The notes beneath the pieces are model-generated. The model saw nothing but the letters and a program-made list of their open reading frames with translations. It was not told the DNA's origin and did not search any database. From assembly GCA_951406725.2 (NCBI GenBank), contig OX597817.1, forward strand, positions 95,356,001 through 95,420,000: a DNA stretch of 64,000 bases. The letters are read 5' to 3'. Below are positions 1 to 12,269 of this stretch, one piece after another. Origin of the DNA: Octopus vulgaris (lineage: Eukaryota). Numbering within the stretch: the stretch's first letter is position 1; every line of letters begins with the position of its first letter. A program made the translations under genes and the position numbers.

Positions 1-629
1 CAATATAACTCCAGATTTAATTATATGTATGTGTGTTTGTGTGAATTTGTAAATAAAGGATGCATTTGATATAGGTTTATTGTTCTAATAATAACTAAGA
101 AATAACAGCTATACCTGTTTAGTTTAATAGCTGTTGTTAGCTCTGAACAGACTATAGCATATGAGCAGAGAATCAAACACTTGAATACCTTGTCTGTTTT
201 ATCGAGTTGAGTTTTCAGGTCAGGGCCATCTGGTGTGAAGTTATTTGATCGTCCTCAGGTATTAGAACATTAGAACTTTGAGACAGCAGAGAAAAATTAA
301 AAGCACAAGTTAGCTTTAAAACAGGCAACTCAGGTGATAGGGTGTTGTCATTTTATTTTACAATTTATTCCTTCCTAATTACATTATTACTTATTCCTCA
401 GACTTCTATAATTGTTCTATCTGACCTTGTTATAAATTTGCACAAATCTGAGGATAAATGCAATGATAAAAATATTAAAACTTAGGAAGGAACCCAGTGA
501 AAATGTATAGGAAGATATTTGGGTTAACTGTTATAAAAATATAACTATTTGTCATAAATGTACTGACATGTAAGGCAGATGTAATAGAAAATAACCAAGA
601 AAAATATTTATGAGGTTAGTCTTAAATAA

Positions 630-1142
630 TCTATATATATAAAACTGTAGTTGTGTGAGTGTCTGTCCCCTTCGATTTAGATTCCTAACTACTCCCACAT
701 TTTGCGGTGCAGTTTAACCAAATTCGAGTATCTTATAGTCGTGATTCATATCGAGCCCGTCTGAGTATTAGTGCGCGTCTACGATGAGTCTACGATTTAA
801 AAAATAATTTAACATCATTTTTTATTCCATTTTAATGCATAATTTTTCGTGTGTCGATGGCGGCGGAGTTGGCGTCCATGGTCACACCTGCACCTGTTTG
901 CTTCTCCCCCTTCTTCCCTCCCTCGTGAAGCTGTGGGGAAGGGAGTGTAAGGAAATCAACGTCGTAAAGCGTTGTCAAGGAGACCAGCGTTCTTTTAGAA
1001 CAACGACTTCATGGCTTGAAGACACCAAAACAGAAATGGCTAAGAAAGCCTGAATTGGCATCTATAAGGGAAGTAACTCTCTAAAAATGCTTATATAGTT
1101 ATTTCCCTTACAAACCCGAGCAACGCCGGGCGATACTGCTAG
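630..1142 (+). mobile_element. Non-autonomous Helitron (about 513 bp)
   Basis: Starts a|TCTATATATATAAAACTG and ends with a GC hairpin CCCGAGCAACGCCGGG, a short spacer and CTAG|t. It is inserted between A and T with no TSD. Confidence 0.85.
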
Positions 1143-1820
1143 TTATATCTATAATCAAAAATTTGTTATTGTTAGACGTTTTCACATTTGAATTTCTTTT
1201 CATTACAAGTGATGATTATTTCATTGAAACAACTTGATAAATAAAACAATAACAAAAAATGGCTTACATTTAATGCCATCAAAACTGTCTCTCTGTCTCT
1301 TTATCTCACTCCATATTTCCCTTTGCATAAACATTTAGTTCATATAATATAGTTTCATTATGGATTGTTGTTCACTTTGATCTTGTGTCTAGTTGAGTTT
1401 CAAATTGCTTGAGGTCATCTAAACTCCTTTAAAAGAGTTCCTACTTTAGACAACTCAACTGATAAATATTAAAATGTAGATGTTTACTATTCAAAACTGT
1501 TAACACCAAAGGTTATTTCTAATTGGTAATATCATCTAAGTCACCTTAACAGTCTCTCTATTGGTAAAAGGTGGTAAACCTGGTAACATGTTGGTGTACC
1601 TGATTATGTTGGTACCACTGGAGATGTTTTGTGGTAATGCTGGATAAATACAATAATTTATATAGAATTGTGTTAGTTTTATTTTGTTGCATGTTACTTC
1701 TGTAATTTTCTTGTGAAGGAGTATAATTCATTGATTTTTAATATTTTACTATTAGTATTTCTGAAAATCTTGATGCTAAAGGAATATATCTGCAGATATG
1801 AAATATCATTTTCTTAATTT

Positions 1821-1850
1821 CTTTTTTTTTTTTTTTTTTGTTTCTTTTAG
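1821..1850 (+). promoter_or_regulatory. Splice acceptor for the TMEM169-like coding exon
   Basis: Long poly-T tract ending TTTCTTTTAG at 1850, 94 nt upstream of the ATG at 1945. Confidence 0.7.
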
Positions 1851-1944
1851 GTAAAATTGATGTTGTTTGGAATTTTCAACACTTCTGCTGAAATTTGACA
1901 ATTTGTTCTTCTGCTGTCATTAGAGACTTGGTAGCAATATTATA

Positions 1945-2634
1945 ATGGCATCTGATTATCCAGAATGTTCCAAAGCTACAGAATTAGAGGAAATTCAAGA
2001 AAAAGAATGGATTGAACTACCAGAATCTTCACCTGAAGATCAACTACAAGATAATGGGGGTGATCAACATTTTGTGACATTGACTGGAACAGTTGCTCGT
2101 GGCTACCAAGCTGGTCAAGTGGTAGATGTCCAGCTACAAATTTCTCGAGATGAGTTACGTAAACTAACACTTGAGAGAGGGACCAAAGAGGAAAAGCTCA
2201 AGTACAAATCTTCACCATGTTCTTGGGGACTGCATTCAGGATTGCATATTGTATTTCTGAGCATCATCTGTATACCTATTGCTTGGCTTGTTTCTTTAGG
2301 ATATTCCTTCTATATTGGCTGCAATACCTGGTATAATATTTATTTGTATTTTTCTGAAGAAAAGACAATCTGGCATAAGATTTCTATTTGTCCTGTTCTC
2401 ATATTAACATTTCCTTTCACTGTTGGTTTGTCATCTCTCATCATAAGTTTATATGCCCCAATTATTCAAATTTCATGGAATTTCTATAAATGGCTGCAAG
2501 AATTTCAAGATTATGAAAAAGGCTTTTATGGCTGGTTCTGTAACTGGATTGGCCTGCACCAGTGTTGTCCTTATGAAGTGGTGATACTTGACTGCCCTGA
2601 ATCAATAAGAGAGACAAAATTACCTTCAAGTTAA
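1945..2634 (+). CDS. TMEM169: Transmembrane protein 169 homologue (229 aa, CDS in one exon)
   Basis: Motifs VTLTGTVARG..GQVVDVQLQ, FYIGCNTWYNIYLYFSEEKTIWHKISICP and EKGFYGWFCNWIGLHQCCPYEVV match remembered TMEM169 sequences. Two hydrophobic segments are present. Confidence 0.9.
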   Translation: MASDYPECSKATELEEIQEKEWIELPESSPEDQLQDNGGDQHFVTLTGTVARGYQAGQVVDVQLQISRDELRKLTLERGTKEEKLKYKSSPCSWGLHSGLHIVFLSIICIPIAWLVSLGYSFYIGCNTWYNIYLYFSEEKTIWHKISICPVLILTFPFTVGLSSLIISLYAPIIQISWNFYKWLQEFQDYEKGFYGWFCNWIGLHQCCPYEVVILDCPESIRETKLPSS

Positions 2635-2937
2635 TTACTTAAAATGTGCTTGCCAGATGCTACTCAAACACCCACCGTTTGTTCTGGACTTATATTAGCT
2701 GACCTATAACTACTGGTTCAATTTGTAATTTGATGGAATTTTGATTTAGATATATCGCTGGTGTATTAATCAATACATACATATGTATATGGTGTGTGTG
2801 TGTGTATTTGTGTATGTATATATATATATATATATGGGTATGTACAAATATGTTTTTATGTCTCGATGTGTGTGTATATATATGTATATGTGCCTGTATG
2901 TATATTTTTGTGTATACATTTATATATATATATATAG

Positions 2938-3815
2938 ACTGAGAGCTTCGAATGTCCTGTCCTGTGGTTCTTGTGTCGTCTTCTAGGTGTTTCACGTTCT
3001 TGTCCCAGTTTGTATATATTTTTTACTTTTTACATATATAATGCCGGCTCTGTATCCACACTTTTGTCCTTATACATAAGTATATATTCTCTAACATTGG
3101 TACGACTCTTGATCTGTCTCTTTCTCTCTCTCTCTCCTCCTCTCTTATTCCCCTTCTTTCTTTCTTTCTCTCTTCATCCGTCCCCCCTCCTACGCTTCTC
3201 TGCCTCTCATACCTTACACTCCTCTCGATCTGTCTCTTTCTTCTCCTCCCCTGTTCACCTTCTCTCTCTCCTCATCTGTCCCTTTCTCCTCTCTTTTGTC
3301 CTCACGTGACCAGCTAGCCACTGCTGCTTTGCCTTTTTGCATCCAGCAGTCGTAGCAACACGTATTTGTTTGTTTCCCGTGGCCATAAGGTACTCCTCTA
3401 CAAGCCAGCCCCAAACTCAACTCGTCCTGTCGAAAGACCCTTGTCCTACGTCCTGGTTTTGTTTTTATCCTTACCATTATTGTTTTTACGTTTTTGTATT
3501 CTTATTCGTGCTTTCCTTATTGTTTTCACGTACTTTTGTATTTTTATTCGTGTACATCGTCCGTTTTCCGTCCTTGTGTTGTATACATTCGAAGCTTTCT
3601 TCCAAGGGATCTAATGCACTTGGCTTAAATTTCCCTTGGTGGCTGCCCAGGTCGGAGCAATCTCAAGATTAATCAGCCGAAATTGCGAAGATGATCCGGT
3701 TCTTGACTGATGACTGAGAGCTTCGAAAGTCCCGTCCTGTGGTTCTTGTGTCGTCTTCTAGGTGTTTCACGTTCTTGTCCCCGTTTGTATATATTTTTTA
3801 CTTTTTACATATATA
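2938..3815. mobile_element. Non-coding element with about 100-bp terminal direct repeats between (TA)n tracts (Penelope pLTR-like)
   Basis: GACTGAGAGCTTCGAA...TTTTTACATATATA occurs at about 2938-3040 and about 3713-3815. Both ends abut TA repeats. Confidence 0.55.
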
Positions 3816-3954
3816 TATATATATATATATGCATGCATGTGTGTGTGGGGTGTGTGAATGTTATGAACAGTGTAATCCAGTGCAAAACTATGCGTAAATG
3901 TTTGAACTATGTAAAATGTATTTCTTTTTTGTTTAAATATAATTTATAACTAAG

Positions 3955-4165
3955 ATCAGTGAGCTCACAGAATTGTTAGTGTGGTAGCCAAAATGCTTAG
4001 CAGCATGTCATCCATCTTTATGTTCTGAGTTCAAATTCCACTGAGGTCAAACTTTGCCTTTCATCCTTTCAAGGTAGATAAAAATAAGTACCTGTTGAGG
4101 ACTGGGGTTAATGAAATTGATTTACTCCTTTACATGATTTGAGCCAAAATTTGAAACCAATATAA
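3955..4165 (+). mobile_element. SINE (mollusc CORE-like family)
   Basis: B-box-like GAGTTCAAATTCC followed by TTTGCCTTTCATCCTTTC...GATAAAATAAGTACC. Related copies lie at about 36130-36510 (-), 36630-36830 and 56845-56975. Confidence 0.7.
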
Positions 4166-4182
4166 CTTATAACTTGTATATT

Positions 4183-4610
4183 ATGTGTGTGTGTGTGTGT
4201 GTGTGTATGCATATGTAAGATTATGAGTGTGTATGCATATGTGTATATATGCATATATATACATATATGTATGTGTATGCATATCTATATATATGCACAT
4301 ACATGTGCACATGTATATATATATATATCTGGATATATCTATACATACATAAGCACATGTAAATATATATGTGTATTGAAAGATATATATATACACACAC
4401 TGCAGCACACAATTATATACACATATATAGGTATATACTTATATGTATGTGTATATATATATATATATATATGTATACATACGTACATGTGTACATGTGT
4501 ATATATAGATACATATGTATATATATGTGTGGGTGTGTATAGAAATATGTATATCTATACGATAGATGATGATGATGTATACATTATATATATATATATG
4601 TATATATCAA
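4183..4610. repeat. Compound (TG)/(TA)/(CA) microsatellite
   Basis: Degenerate dinucleotide tract; the ORFs called here are artefacts. Confidence 0.9.
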
Positions 4611-6699
4611 ACTATAATAATTTATTTTCACTGCTATTATGTCCCACCTGTCACTTTATTTTTCTGCACATTCTAATGATCTATCAAAATTTTCCAGTGA
4701 ATATCTTTCATAATTCATTTAGTAATTCATTTGTAAATGTTTAGTTTATCTTGTTTTAGTTGTTAAGGCGAAGTGGTTCAGTAAAATTTGCAAGTGCTGA
4801 GATTGTGAATTGTTTATCTTGTAAGTTGTTATTGTTGCAAGTGAAACAAAATTATGGATTTCAATTTGATGTAAAATTTATTTGAACTGAATACCAAATT
4901 ATGTTTGAACAATACAAAAAATTTTGTTAGGATAGATTTTTGCTAACTCTTGCCTATAGATTATTTTTATGATGATAAGAGAAATCATTTCTATAGTTAG
5001 AGCATATCTGTTATCCTATTAATTCTAGGCAAATACACATATTCACTGATGAAAGGTGAAGTAGGTTTGTAACTGTAATTTTGTTTTGACTCTTTACCTA
5101 TAGTCTGTTAGTGAAATAGAGTTAATTCTTTCATTAAGTATAATAATATGCATTTATTTTATAAGTGTAGGTTATTTTAGGTACACAATATCAAGTCAGT
5201 AGGTTGAATTTATTAGGAAATATGCTGATTAACTAGGAAGTAGAAGTCAAAAAAGTAATAAGGTTTTAAAGTTTTCAAAATTAATTAATTGTAATCTTTA
5301 TTATAAGAAATGTAGAACTTGACAGACATTTGCTTGTGCAGAGGTACTTTAAATTGTTCCCCACAATTTCAATGAATTACAATGTGTAAATTTTTACTGC
5401 CATTTGTTGTAAAATTAACATTATAAATAATAGCTGAAACTATGACACAATGTAACATTTTTCAGTTATACTGAAATGATCTGTTGTCATTTCAATTTGT
5501 TCTTTTATATTTGTACATTTTAATTTCAAATCTGTATTTATCTTTAATTTTAAGAAAATTATTTCTTTTTTTGAAATAATTCAGCTGGAGCTAAAAAATT
5601 AAATATTTTGATATTATTAAAATGAAACAAAGCAAATTGATCTATTAAGAAATAAAATCTGAATGAAAGTTTTTTTATTGATTAAATCATAATGTTTGGC
5701 CATCTATAAATGTTATCTCTATGTAAAGTCATTTTGTCTTTGTTGTTGTGCAGACTAAGTGTAAAATTACACTTTAACACTAATTTTGAGCAATAGCTTT
5801 CTTTTCATAATTTGATCTATGATTGTATCTGTGATAGATGTTTCATGTTTATATAACAACTGTCATTTCTTTTTGTGATGGGCGGGCTGGATGAATGCTT
5901 TTTACTTTATATGAACTCTTTGTAACAACTGAAATATTCCATATTTTTTTCTTCATATTGTGATATGTTCTGAATTTTTTCATTATTCATTGAGATTAAG
6001 TCTTAAAGTTATTGATTGTAATACTGCTGCTATGAAAGATTTTATTTTGGACAATTCTTTTTCAACCATTGAAAGGAATTCATCCTGTTTTTACATGGAC
6101 CGGTCATATCAACCTACTTAACTTCATGAAAGTCTTAAAATATATTTACTTTAATGTGTGTTTTCATTAATCTTCTTTATTATCACAGAAATTCATTGAC
6201 TTGTTGAACTGAACCATAAATTTAAAATTACTTTTTCCAAGTACTGAACTCATTCTTCAAATGTCCATGCAAAATTTGACAAGAAAAAAATAAGAAAAAA
6301 TGAAGAAAGAACAAAATTACCGATCACCTTCAGGATATTTGTGCATTTACATGAACATTTTTCTGAATATATTTGCATAAAGCTGCAGAGATTTTTCAGA
6401 CAACTGTTTTATATATGTTACTGTAACAATATGATATAAAACGTTTTATTGGAATAAGTAATATGATATTTTCCACTTAATTTGATATGATGATTTGTCA
6501 TATGGAACCTGTCAGTTTAAATTTAGAGTGGGCATTTCTCATGTCTATTTGAAATTAGCTACAGAGAAAATACTGTATCTGTCATCTCCTTAATATAGTT
6601 GGATCCCAATTAGCCAAATAAGATAGATAGAGAGTATTTTCAAATAACTGACCTGATTATAAACATAAGAAACCAAACTGAACATAATTACATAAAAAA

Positions 6700-6830
6700 G
6701 CATGTTTTCAGATGAAATGTGGTGCTCTAGTGCAATCTTTAATGCCTCTTCACCATGATTCAAATGCTGTAAAATCTTGCTTTTCTGTTTGATTGTCAGT
6801 AATGATATTTGTTTTCTCTTCACAGAGATG
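6700..6830 (-). pseudogene. Tigger/pogo transposase N-terminal HTH (psq/CENP-B type) remnant
   Basis: KRKQISLLTIKQKSKILQHLNHGEEALKIALEHHIS resembles the Tigger N-terminal HTH. Confidence 0.55.
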
Positions 6831-7689
6831 GCAAAAAGAACATAATCGATTACTTGTAACAGATAGGTACTTTGAACAAAGCCTTGGTGTGACTGATATC
6901 AGCATTGATGTTTGCCTTGTAATTAAATCTTCCAGCATGTCAGTAATTACGGCTTTTTCAGTGTTACCCCTGCATAACAAATATTTCAAATATTATTTTT
7001 TCATTGGCACTTTTCATATGACCATAGAGAGACTGCCATCTTTACATTGGTTTTTTAACATGACAAAATATAGACAATGCATACAAATATGAAGATTAAA
7101 AATGCCATGTGTTTGCCTTTGGCACATGAAATAAACATGAAAAAAGAGAAAACAAAAAACATCTGAAAAATGCCATATGTTTGTCTTTCATAAACATATG
7201 AGACTAAATAAATGAAAATAAAAAAAATTCTGAACATATGAGAAATATCTATGTCTGTCTGTCTTCATAATGTCTACTTTTGTATGATTCCATGGGTTAA
7301 ATGAGACTTTGTTCAGGCAGAATTTTTTATGTCTGGATGCTCTTCCTGATGCCCTCACTCCATTTCCAGGCAAGGCAATATTTCCTTTAGCTTATGGGAC
7401 ATAACTGGATATTTTCATGGAGGATTGCAAACAAGCAACACTATATGACTAGTGATGCTTTACAATTTGTACACATATGCCAAGACAAGACAGACAGACA
7501 CATACATGCATGCATGCATATATACACAAATACCATAGGCTTCTTTCAGTTTTCATCTACCAAATTTTGCTCACAAAGTATTGGGTAAACCATAATGATA
7601 GTAAAAGACACAAGCTGACAGTGTACATACAGTGGGAGCAAACTTCAAACCACGTGTTTCTGAAGTGAAGTAAAGTATATATACTTTCA

Positions 7690-8037
7690 TTAGACTGCAG
7701 TCATGCTGGGGCACCACCTTGAATTTTTGTCAAATCAATCCCAGTAGTTATTTTTTGTTCAGCCTGATGCTTATTATGTCTGTCTCTTTTTGATGAAGCG
7801 CTAAAGTACAAGGATGTAAACACACCAACACTGGTTGGGAAGCAGTGGTGGGGACAAACACACACACACACATATACATGACATGTTTCTTTCAGTTTCT
7901 GTCTACCAAGTCCACTTACAAGGCTTTGGTTGGCCTGAGGCTATAGTAGAAGACACTTGCCCGAGGTACCATGCAGTGGGACTGAATCCAGAACTATATG
8001 GTTTGGAAGCAAGTTTCTTACCACACAGCTAGACCTG
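7690..8037 (-). mobile_element. tRNA-derived SINE
   Basis: The minus strand reads ..GCTGTGTGGTAAGAAACTTGCTTCC...GATTCAGTCCCACTGC.. Related copies lie at about 24550-24740, 27340-27700, 45640-46020 and 56522-56690. Confidence 0.75.
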
Positions 8038-8060
8038 TGTGTCTATACAATATATATTTA

Positions 8061-9429
8061 TATATCAGCTGAATAAAGTTACAGTATGGTCTGGTTTTCA
8101 CATTTTTTATTATTGTATTTAAAAAATTTTTTTTACAATGTTGAAATGTGTTAAAATTATAAAATATTTAGTAATGTTCATAAAGTTCAATTAGCACTTT
8201 CACACGTTTGTATTAATCATCAGATTTCAAAATGTATTGACTGACAGTTGAATTGAGTGCTTGACAACTGTAGTAAAGTGACTGACTTCCTCCTTTTTAT
8301 ATACCTTTTAGAAGGCTCTAACAAGCTGACTTTTTTGAATACTGTTTTGACCAATCAGCATGCAGTTTAAACATCACCAATATTACTGGCATAGATCAAG
8401 TAAAACCAATATCGTAACAGTGGCGAGTGGCCCCTGACTAGCTCCCGTGCTAGTGGCATGTAAAATGTGCCATCCAAACATGGTCGATACCAGGTGTGCC
8501 TGACTGGCTCCTGTGCCAGTGACATGTAAAAAGCACCAACTGGATGTGGCTGATGCCAGTACCCCCAGACTGGCTCCTGTGCTGGTAGCACATAAAAAGC
8601 ACCAACCGATCGTGGCCAATGCCAGTACCCCCTGACTGGCTCTTTTTCCAGTGGCATGTAAAAATCACCATCCAAACATGATTGATGCCAGGCCCACCTG
8701 ACTGGCTCCTGTGTTGGTGGCACGTAAAAAGCACCCACTACACTCTTGGAGTGGTCGGCATTAGGAAGGGCATCCAGATCAGATTGGAGCCTGGTGCAGC
8801 TGCTGGCTCTCCAAACCTGTCAAACCATCCAACCCATGCCAGCATGAAAAACAGACATTAAACGATAAAGATCATGATGGTCCCACCTTTATCTTATTAG
8901 CTTGCAGTTTACATGTAATGGTTTTATGAGTGAGCAAACTTAGTTGGTTTCTATTGTTTTTATTTCAATTGGTGGGAGTCTTCTGTAATTTGTTTATATT
9001 CATATGTTAAAGATATTTTTTAATCCACATTATAAACTGGTTGTTATATTATTGTTGTTATTACCATTCAGAACAGGTTTTCTGCTTTTGCACTAATATC
9101 GGTGTGCCTGGCAAAATGTGATGTTTAAGCTGCATGCTGATTGGTCAAAACCATATTCGAAAAATTCGGCTTGTCGGAGCCTTCTAAAAGGTATAAAAAG
9201 GAGGAAGCCAGTCATTTTCCTACAGTTGTCAAGGATTCAACTCAACTGTCAGTCAATACATTTTGAAATTTGATGATTACTACAAACATACAAAAGCACT
9301 AATTGAACTTCATGATATGTTTTTTAATGTTTAACACACTTCAACATTGTAAAAAAATTTTTTCTTTTAAATACAATAATAAAAAATGTGAAAACCAGAC
9401 CATGTTGTAACTTGATTTAACTGATATAT
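8061..9429. mobile_element. Non-autonomous DNA transposon with long (about 315 bp) imperfect TIRs
   Basis: 8061-8377 is the reverse complement of 9118-9429 (for example TTTTGACCAATCAGCATGCAG / CTGCATGCTGATTGGTCAAAA). Both ends lie in TATA context. Confidence 0.8.
8425..8880 (+). mobile_element. RTE 3'-UTR-derived insertion with about 69-bp tandem repeats, nested in the TIR element
   Basis: Repeated GTGGCAYGTAAAAAGCACC units and the end AACCCATGCCAGCATGAAAAACAGACATTAAACGAT are shared with the RTE 3' end at 30870-31115. Confidence 0.75.
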
Positions 9430-9540
9430 TATTCTATACACATTTACACAAATTCAGGAAATAAAAAAATACGTATATGACAATGGTAATGATGATGATA
9501 GAAGCACACACACGCGCGCGTGAGCGCGCTTAAATACATA

Positions 9541-9790
9541 TACGAGGTCTGATCAATAAATATTTAGACTGTTGCCATAGTAATGAAGCTAAAGCATACA
9601 TTGAAGCTGTCTGGGAAAGATTGACATTGAACTCTGTTGTGCATGCGCACCAAGTTTTATTCTGGCTCACTTCTGCTGTTTACAATAGTGCTTTGAGGGA
9701 AGGTGTGTGGTGTGTGATCATTGCATTGACCATGACAGAGAAAGTTGTTATGGCAATACCTGCTCAGAGGCCTACACAAAGTTGAAGAAA
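9541..9790 (+). mobile_element. Mariner-type element left end
   Basis: TA|CGAGGTCTGATCAATAA terminus typical of mariner TIRs; truncated by the adjacent RTE fragment. Confidence 0.55.
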
Positions 9791-9794
9791 AACC

Positions 9795-10300
9795 AAAACC
9801 ATAGCCTCCATGTACGCCATGGAAGCCCGCTGTATGTTGTCCAACATGTCCATTGAAGTCACCAGCCACAATGAGATGGTCCGGCTGTCATAAAATCGGT
9901 CTTTCTGTCCATCGAGTAGCCCTGGCCGAGGGGCATAGGCCGAGATAATGGTTGCTAACCCATGATGGAGCACTAATCTAATCTTAAGTATTCTGTCGCA
10001 TACTCTAACTACCTCAATTACTTTATCAACCCATTTCTCCGCAAAAGGATATCCGCGCCCCCGACCCCGTCAATGTTCCCTGCCAAGAAAATCTTGTACC
10101 TGTGTTCTTTGCCTGTGAGGAACCTAGTGGAACCTCCTCTCCACCTTACTTCTTGGAGGCAGCACAAATCGACACATCTCTGTTCAAGCATCTCAGCAAT
10201 CTCACCAGACCTACCTTTCAGTGTGCCGAGGTTGAGTTGCCAACTCTGAGGGTGTGGGAAGTGTGGGCCTGTGAGACCCTGGGACAGCAGTGTCATGTAC
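9795..10300 (-). pseudogene. RTE LINE APE-endonuclease fragment
   Basis: NLGTLKGRSGE, DLCCLQEVRW, TIISAYAP and AGDFNGHVG are spread over shifted frames. Confidence 0.85.
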
Positions 10301-10377
10301 CTGAAATATTAATTATATACATATATTATGTATATAGATTATATAAATACATTATATATATATATATATATATATAT

Positions 10378-11274
10378 TCCCCTCTCTGCGGCGGAACGCT
10401 CCGTCCTTAGTAGGGGTCTGCGTTTCATCCCCTCACTCCATCCTGTAAGGAATTCCAGACGCGAGCTGATGCCCACAGCTTTGTGTGCCGCGTCCGGTTG
10501 GGTGCGCATTTCCGCGACTCACCACCCGCATCCAACGATGAGGACTGCTTCACTGACCTGGGCCGCCGACCATCCCCGTGGACGCCTGCCCCCGGCCAGT
10601 TCCTAGCAGTGGATCTTTTCGCGGGCGCCTGTCAGCGTGCGTTGGAGCGGTTCAACTTCTCCAGGCGCCAACGTCGCCTCAACATCTCCCCGGCCGAGCT
10701 CTCGGCTCTTCGTTCCTTCCAACGGCGCGCTGACATTATCATCAAACCGGCTGACAAGGGTGGAGCTGTGGTGGTGTGGCGCGCGGACCTCTACAGGGCC
10801 GAGGCTCTCCGCCAACTCAATGACACCTCCTTCTACTTCCCTCTGTCCTCTAACCCCACACGTAGCTACCAACAGACGGTATCCTCTACTGTCCACAACC
10901 TCATCTCGTCCTCCCGTCTCCCCCACACCGCATCCAACCTAATTGTGCGAACCCCACGCACCCCCACCATTTACTTCCTCCCCCAAATCCACAAACCCAA
11001 CAACCCTGGCCGCCCCATCGTCTCCGCCTGTAACTGCCCCACGGAGCTCATCTCTAAATACCAGATCGCCATGTTGATTCGCTAGCCTCTGCACGCATTT
11101 TTTTCTCTCCTTGTTTCTTTCTGTGTTTCTTTTCTGTGTATCTTTCTGTCGAAGAGCGTAGGCTCGAAACGTAAAAGACTTGTTTTATTTATATTCCTGA
11201 GCGCCATACTAATACAATTGTTTGTTTGTATTCCACCTGCCTTCGTCTTTTGTTTATTTTCATAAAGCTTCCCG

Positions 11275-11275
<1 letters not shown>
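10378..11275 (+). mobile_element. Penelope-like retroelement, internally deleted (N-terminal RT joined to pLTR)
   Basis: LSAAERSVLSRGLRFIP, IIIKPADKGGAVVVW and YFLPQIHKPNNPGRPIVS, then a non-coding pLTR with a hammerhead-like motif. Both sides are (TA)n. Confidence 0.9.
11141..11178 (+). ncRNA. Minimal type I hammerhead-like motif with variant core (CUGUCGA)
   Basis: TCTTT-CTGTCGA-A-GAGC gtag GCTC-GAAA-CG-TA-AAAGA. Helix I (TCTTT/AAAGA) and helix II are perfect, and helix III is palindromic (ACGT). Confidence 0.65.
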
Positions 11276-11309
<34 letters not shown>

Positions 11310-11330
11310 ATACATATATGTATATAATAT

Positions 11331-11363
<33 letters not shown>

Positions 11364-11740
11364 TAGAGGTTATAAAATGAGATAGGGGTTGAAAATTTAA
11401 CCCACCATGGGATAATATATATCCAATATACTGCTAGATAGGTACCCAACAAAATTAATACATAGATGTTAAAAATTGTCAAACAATCAGTTCATCTATT
11501 GTATTATATGGGTAAAGGTAATAATATTACCGTAAATTAATACTACAAAATTAGAGAATGGAGGAACATACTTAAATCAGTAAAACATCAACTATCCGAT
11601 GATACTCAATCCATACTTTAATACACCATTACATATGAGTAAAGGCAATATATAAAATGAAATGAGATATACAGTAATAGTAAAAAGATAAAGAGATATA
11701 AGTAAAAAATTTCAAATATAATATGCAAATAAATCAAAAA

Positions 11741-11848
11741 CTGACAGCTGTTTCGGCAGTGAGGGCAGTCATACCTCATTTAACCTATAAGCCATAAAGG
11801 CAGGTATAAATGAGGCATTAACAAGGATGCCCCACGGCCTCTTCAGAG
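11741..11848 (-). ncRNA. Type I hammerhead ribozyme motif with extended helix II
   Basis: Reverse-complement copy of the motif at 13450-13557. Confidence 0.7.
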
Positions 11849-12201
11849 AATTAAATTAAATTTGTTATAATAGTGAAAAATATTATATAATCATATACAT
11901 ATAAATATAAAAATATAAAAATGTAAAATATAAAAACTTATACATCATAATGCTACACTTATATAATATAATACACATTTGTACAATAAAGGAAGGTAAA
12001 CAGAACAAAATAAAACAAAATATATAACAGTGTATATATTAATATTAATAAGTACCGATATTATACATATTTGGCTAATAGTTTTTTTTATAAAAAAAAA
12101 GGGCTAACACATATGGAGATGAAAAATAATAATTAAAACCATGGTACAGTTCATAAAATTCTAAAGCTATAAAAGTTAATAAAAATTACTATTAATATTA
12201 A

Positions 12202-12269
<68 letters not shown>

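Noticed and set aside
3706-3746. CTGATGA...GAAA as a hammerhead
   Set aside because: The intervening bases do not form helix II, and helices I and III do not pair.
2690-4744. Many ORFs rich in Y/I/C/V/H/T (also at 25260, 45406-45684, 46309-46770 and 57020)
   Set aside because: They are translations of dinucleotide microsatellites.
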